This document shows positions 30,451 through 34,167 of a DNA stretch of 34,167 bases, one piece after another; positions within the stretch are counted from its first letter, which is position 1; each line of letters opens with the position of its first letter. Under the pieces are notes generated by a model. It ran no database searches and had not been told where the DNA came from. It saw nothing but the letters and a program-made list of their open reading frames with translations. Made by a program: the position numbers and the translations under genes. Location of the stretch: positions 1 through 34,167 of the IMG/VR virus record IMGVR_UViG_3300000116_000002. One strand, written 5' to 3'. Source of the DNA: a virus.

Positions 30451-33400
30451 TACTGTACCCCTGCTTGTTTCAGCGCATCACGCTCAGCCAGTCTAAGCGA
30501 TAAATCCTGATTACCTGGCTGAGACAACAGCACCGGCAATGCCGCACGATAAAACCGCGCCTCAGCGTTCTTGATCATGCTTTTGCGTCGGTCATCGTCA
30601 GCGCTTGCATAAAGTGGGTGCGCCATCAGGACTTTTAGATAATCTCTGAACGGGTATACCGCCGGGCCTTGCTGCCTATCGCCTCTGGTTGTCACCATCG
30701 TCAAAGGCAACGCCACATCATTTTTAGCAATTCTGGTCAGCTCGCCCCGATTGCGCTCACTGAGCGACACACCCATGATTTTCTTTTTGTCGCGGCTTTC
30801 TGTCAGCGGCGCACCCAGTCTAATTAGCTCACGGTGATATGGCTCGACATCCTCGCCATAGGCCAGCTTAAACGGCGTGACGCTAGACCAGACAGCTGCC
30901 ACCGGGTTGATGTCAAATCTCAGCCCTTTGGTTTTCTGTTCGCCCAGCATATCGTATTGAAACGCATAATTTTCTTCTATCTTATTGACATACGGAATGT
31001 TCATTACTTGCTGTTCCCAGCCCCAAGCCACTTGCTCATAGAACATTTTTGACCAGCTGGCGTCCTGCCAGTTTTTCACAGTGCCAACCAAGCTATATGG
31101 CACTTTTGAATATGGGTTGTCCGTGCCTTGGCTCTCATCATAAAGTCGTTGCACATCTTCAACGCTGTAATATTGATAGGGCTGATCGACCTTTTTCTTG
31201 GCGTTGCCCCCGGTCAGTTTTTCTACATTTCTGACAACCGCAGAAAACGGAACAGGAAAAATAGCAACAGTCCCACCCATAAACCCGTCAGTGATCATGC
31301 TAGGGTCTTCGTATTGGAACGCCTTGTATATGGTGCCGATACCCTGTAACATCGGCAGATCGCGGAAATATTCCATGGTTGCCATCGTCGCCGCGCTAAG
31401 TAGATTTAGCCGGTCTTCTGGGTCAACAAACATTGTCTGATGCCGAGCCGTGCTAGCAGCTATGCCAACAAACGCGCTAACCGGCTCCAGTCCTTGATAA
31501 CTAATGTATGCCAGCTCACCATTGGGCAAGCCTGTCTCTTTGTTATAAAGAGGCAACGGATCGCCGTCAGCGTCTACTGGGAAATCACCCGCGCGAAACA
31601 CAAAGCTATAAGGTTGCCACTTAGGCGGCAGCATCCTTTGCAACTGCTTATCTACTGGATAAGACCCCGTAACACGTCCATTCAGCGCTAACTGATGGAA
31701 GCCGTACATGGTCATGGTTCCCATTGCCAGTCTGCCATAAGCGCGATCTCTAGCTTGCGGCCCGTTCTTACCAAGTAATGTATCTCTGGTTTTGCTTGAG
31801 CCGGGGTTAAGAGCTAGTACGGCTTGAATCAACGGGTGGCCTTCTGCGTTTATCTTGATTGTATTTGTTGGCGCTTTGGCAAACGGCATGGTCAATTTGC
31901 CAAGCACATTGCCGCGAAACGCATTAGTAAACTTGCCAATGACGCCATCGCCAAGATCGGTCGTCATGGTTGCGTATCGACCAGCTGCATCCATTTCATC
32001 TGTGGCATACTTAGGATCAAGCAAAACCATCATGGCGTCATCCATCGCCTCAGTGTCATCCCGCCCCATATGCTTTGATCTGCGATATGCGCGCACAGAT
32101 TCCTCATACAGTGCGCCTCTTGACGCAATTGTTTTGAATAAATCGTCGGCAAACATAAGACCGCGACCGGGCAGTCGGATTACACGCCCCAAAAAATCAA
32201 CAGCATTGCCTACGCTATTATTGTCAATGTTCAGATTTTCACGATCTATTGCCCTAAAGGTTGCACCCTCAACCTTTTGCAATGGATCAGCCGCTGACTC
32301 GTCAGCAAATCCTTTAGCGGCTAAAGTCCAAGCATCACCGAAAGATTGACCAAAACCATACACACGCGCAAAAACATCCTCAAAATGTACGCCGTCTGGA
32401 TCGGGATCACGCCCAGCTAGTCTGGCGCCAGTGCGAAAAACTGTGCCTACACTTGCAGACATAAGGTCAGTCAGCACGTTGTAGGTCATAAACAACGGAG
32501 TGCCTAAGCCGTTTTTGATTTGTGTAGGAAAATAGGAAAGCAGCCCATTCATATAGACTTCCATCCATACGCCCTCTATTTTCTGGCTCCACGCGCCGGC
32601 TGTGTATTTATTAGCGTTAACCTGGCCACCTTCTGCCAAGGCGTCGAGATATCCCTTGGCCATTTTCTTGACAAGCCCGGCGCCGCCAGAATCAGTCAGG
32701 ATAGCATCCATCACATCAGCTGGCACTTGGGTGCCGACGGGTATCTTAAAGGCTTGCATAGCTCTGGCTATCTCTGTCTGCGCGCCCTTGGCTTTCATCT
32801 GTATCCCAGCATGAATTGACATCTGCCGTCTAAAATCGACCATAGCTTTCGGACTGGCTAGACCGCTTTGTATCTGAACGGCCATTTCCTGCAACTTAGC
32901 ACCAGATCTTTGCAGCAAGATCCTAAGCGCAGTCATTTCTTCAGCGTTTAGAGCTTTGCCTGACTGTTTGCGTAAAATGCTTCTGGTAAAACCAACCTCA
33001 TCAGCAAGCAGCTCGCCAGCGTTTGCCAGCGTTTCTTGGTTGGTAACAATGCCACGTTTTTCTGCTTCTATGGGGTCTTTGATAATATCTGACATTGCGT
33101 TGACAACGCGGTTGATGTCTTCGCCGCCTTCGAAATTGTCGAAATTAAAATCAATGCCGTCTTTGCCTTGCACATTGCTACTGATCAAATCACGGGCATC
33201 TTTATTTATCTGCGGAACATCATCAGCAAACTTTTCGTATTTGCTTTTAACAACTGGATCAGCCCCACCAATAGACATTTGGGCTTTTTGAGTGACTTGC
33301 TCATTATTCGGCAGCTCTGGTTTGACTGGCTCGAACAGATCCGGCTGATCAGCCAGCTCACGTTCTGTGGGCGTTGCAATAGCAGTCCGTGCGTCACCGC

Positions 33401-33707
33401 CAGATGCTTCTAGCCGAGCCTGGCCTTCTGGCGATAGCGCGTCCTTAGCAAGCGCCTCTTGTGTTGCTTGCCTTGTTGTCCCTTCTGGCGCAATGCCCTC
33501 GGTGATAGGCTCAGCAACGCGGCCAGCCACGCCGCCCTCTAGTGTTTCACGCGCTGTGCCGGGTGCAGCTTTTGCTGATTGCTGCAATAGTTTTTGCAAA
33601 AACCCAGCAGTCTGGATGCCCTCATCGACCTGGGGTTGCGTGTCGGCGAATTGCGTCACGCCCCCGGTGCGTAGCGCACGGGCTGCTTGTTGTGCTGGTG
33701 TTGCCAT
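30450..33707 (-). CDS. Large virion protein (internal/ejection type), 1085 aa
   Basis: Very long ORF with a GGAG Shine-Dalgarno, lying between the 951-aa virion protein and the fibre genes. I recognised no enzymatic motif. Confidence 0.6.
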   Translation of the reverse strand: MATPAQQAARALRTGGVTQFADTQPQVDEGIQTAGFLQKLLQQSAKAAPGTARETLEGGVAGRVAEPITEGIAPEGTTRQATQEALAKDALSPEGQARLEASGGDARTAIATPTERELADQPDLFEPVKPELPNNEQVTQKAQMSIGGADPVVKSKYEKFADDVPQINKDARDLISSNVQGKDGIDFNFDNFEGGEDINRVVNAMSDIIKDPIEAEKRGIVTNQETLANAGELLADEVGFTRSILRKQSGKALNAEEMTALRILLQRSGAKLQEMAVQIQSGLASPKAMVDFRRQMSIHAGIQMKAKGAQTEIARAMQAFKIPVGTQVPADVMDAILTDSGGAGLVKKMAKGYLDALAEGGQVNANKYTAGAWSQKIEGVWMEVYMNGLLSYFPTQIKNGLGTPLFMTYNVLTDLMSASVGTVFRTGARLAGRDPDPDGVHFEDVFARVYGFGQSFGDAWTLAAKGFADESAADPLQKVEGATFRAIDRENLNIDNNSVGNAVDFLGRVIRLPGRGLMFADDLFKTIASRGALYEESVRAYRRSKHMGRDDTEAMDDAMMVLLDPKYATDEMDAAGRYATMTTDLGDGVIGKFTNAFRGNVLGKLTMPFAKAPTNTIKINAEGHPLIQAVLALNPGSSKTRDTLLGKNGPQARDRAYGRLAMGTMTMYGFHQLALNGRVTGSYPVDKQLQRMLPPKWQPYSFVFRAGDFPVDADGDPLPLYNKETGLPNGELAYISYQGLEPVSAFVGIAASTARHQTMFVDPEDRLNLLSAATMATMEYFRDLPMLQGIGTIYKAFQYEDPSMITDGFMGGTVAIFPVPFSAVVRNVEKLTGGNAKKKVDQPYQYYSVEDVQRLYDESQGTDNPYSKVPYSLVGTVKNWQDASWSKMFYEQVAWGWEQQVMNIPYVNKIEENYAFQYDMLGEQKTKGLRFDINPVAAVWSSVTPFKLAYGEDVEPYHRELIRLGAPLTESRDKKKIMGVSLSERNRGELTRIAKNDVALPLTMVTTRGDRQQGPAVYPFRDYLKVLMAHPLYASADDDRRKSMIKNAEARFYRAALPVLLSQPGNQDLSLRLAERDALKQAGVQ

Positions 33708-33714
33708 GAAAACT

Positions 33715-33744
33715 CCAAAGAAAAAGGCGCCCCGAAAGGACGCC
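33715..33744 (-). terminator. Intra-operon rho-independent terminator (probably partial) just upstream of the 1085-aa gene
   Basis: The minus strand reads GGCGTCC-TTTCG-GGGCGCC, a 7-bp stem with one G-U pair. It is followed by TTTTTCTTTGG. Confidence 0.55.
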
Positions 33745-33782
33745 CTACTTTATTTGTTTTTACTATAATTTAGATGCGTTGG

Positions 33783-33968
33783 CTACACGGTTTGTGTAGG
33801 TCGTTTATAACTGCCGGTCACATAGAGATCTTGGCTGGTTTGCCCAGATTTTTTAGCTGCAATCTGCCTACGGAGCTGCTTCACTGAAAAGCTCTCCTCC
33901 GTCTTGCCCCGGCTCAATGCCCGTTCCAGCCTTGCTTCCAAGGTATTCTTCATAACTTGTTCCGCCAT
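33783..33968 (-). CDS. Possible 61-aa basic protein, overlapping the 3' end of the 951-aa gene out of frame
   Basis: A GGAG lies 7 nt upstream of the ATG. The ORF overlaps the larger gene by 101 nt in the +1 frame. Confidence 0.35.
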   Translation of the reverse strand: MAEQVMKNTLEARLERALSRGKTEESFSVKQLRRQIAAKKSGQTSQDLYVTGSYKRPTQTV

Positions 33969-34167
33969 TTATCCACTCCGTACCAGTACGATCCGTGTTT
34001 TTAAACACAGTCGTGTCGTAATATACGACATCTGCATATGTTATGCCATCTATTTCTGCAATCTCATCCATAGCGTCATCAAACACTTTTTCCATTTCAG
34101 CAACTCTTTCAGCAAGATTGTTGCCGTTAAAAGCGTCATCAAACTCTGGTATGTATTGGAATCTAAT
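33868..34167 (-). CDS. C-terminal part of the junction-spanning 951-aa virion protein (same gene as 1..2661)
   Basis: The listed 75-aa ORF (MEKVFDDAMDE...) has no stop upstream of it within the window. Its first 11 codons are the same sequence as bases 1-33. Confidence 0.8.
   Translation of the reverse strand: MRFQYIPEFDDAFNGNNLAERVAEMEKVFDDAMDEIAEIDGITYADVVYYDTTVFKNTDRTGTEWINGGTSYEEYLGSKAGTGIEPGQDGGELFSEAAP
34063..34167. repeat. Terminal direct repeat, copy 2 (identical to 1..105)
   Basis: Direct reading. Confidence 0.95.

Larger units (their letters stand above)
1..34167. mobile_element. Complete temperate podovirus-like phage genome (unique length about 34,062 bp) with integrase and attP
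   Basis: The window holds full head, tail, lysis, lysogeny and recombination modules. Both ends carry the same 105-bp sequence. A tyrosine integrase sits next to a tRNA 3' fragment. Confidence 0.85.

Overview
The window appears to be one complete, circularly closed genome of a temperate podovirus-like phage. The unique length is about 34,062 bp, because bases 1-105 are repeated exactly at 34063-34167. No plasmid or chromosomal flank is visible.

Nearly all genes, about 29 kb, lie on the minus strand as one long, tightly coupled series with many ATGA/TAATG overlaps. In transcription order these are:
- a Cro-like HTH gene at 18361
- early genes: VRR-NUC nuclease, a Zn-ribbon protein, an orphan N6-adenine DNA methyltransferase and small unknowns
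- terS and terL, then two small paralogous proteins
- a T7-type portal, a small Bbp19-like protein, scaffold, major capsid protein and a putative decoration protein
- tail tubular A-like and B-like proteins
- gp13/gp14/gp15-like internal virion proteins
- a 951-aa virion protein that crosses the circular junction and is absent from the supplied ORF track
- a 1085-aa virion protein and two fibre proteins (466 aa and 830 aa)
- a lysis cassette with several small membrane proteins, a GTA-type 3-TM holin and an M15 peptidase
- three extremely basic small proteins

This series ends at an attP region. That region holds a 3' tRNA gene fragment with its own terminator, flanked by clusters of 11-bp-phased CTTGGCAC repeats. 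A tyrosine integrase follows on the minus strand.

A short plus-strand operon (18448-21971) diverges from the Cro-like gene. It encodes:
- a CI-like XRE repressor
- a possible PD-(D/E)xK nuclease
- a 38-aa membrane peptide
- a winged-helix protein
- an ERF single-strand annealing protein
- an excisionase-like protein

No DNA polymerase, primase or helicase, RNA polymerase, complete tRNA, CRISPR array or reverse transcriptase is recognisable.

All functional calls rest on motifs read by eye and on gene order. No database search was possible.

The candidates I consider most worth follow-up are:
- the three cationic mini-proteins coupled to the endolysin, which may be a spanin-replacing function
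- the compositionally chimeric 951-aa virion protein
- a third copy of the attP arm-type repeat pair, sitting in an unusually long terS-terL spacer
- the TerL-portal mini-protein pair with shared K-[ST]-LLGG C-termini
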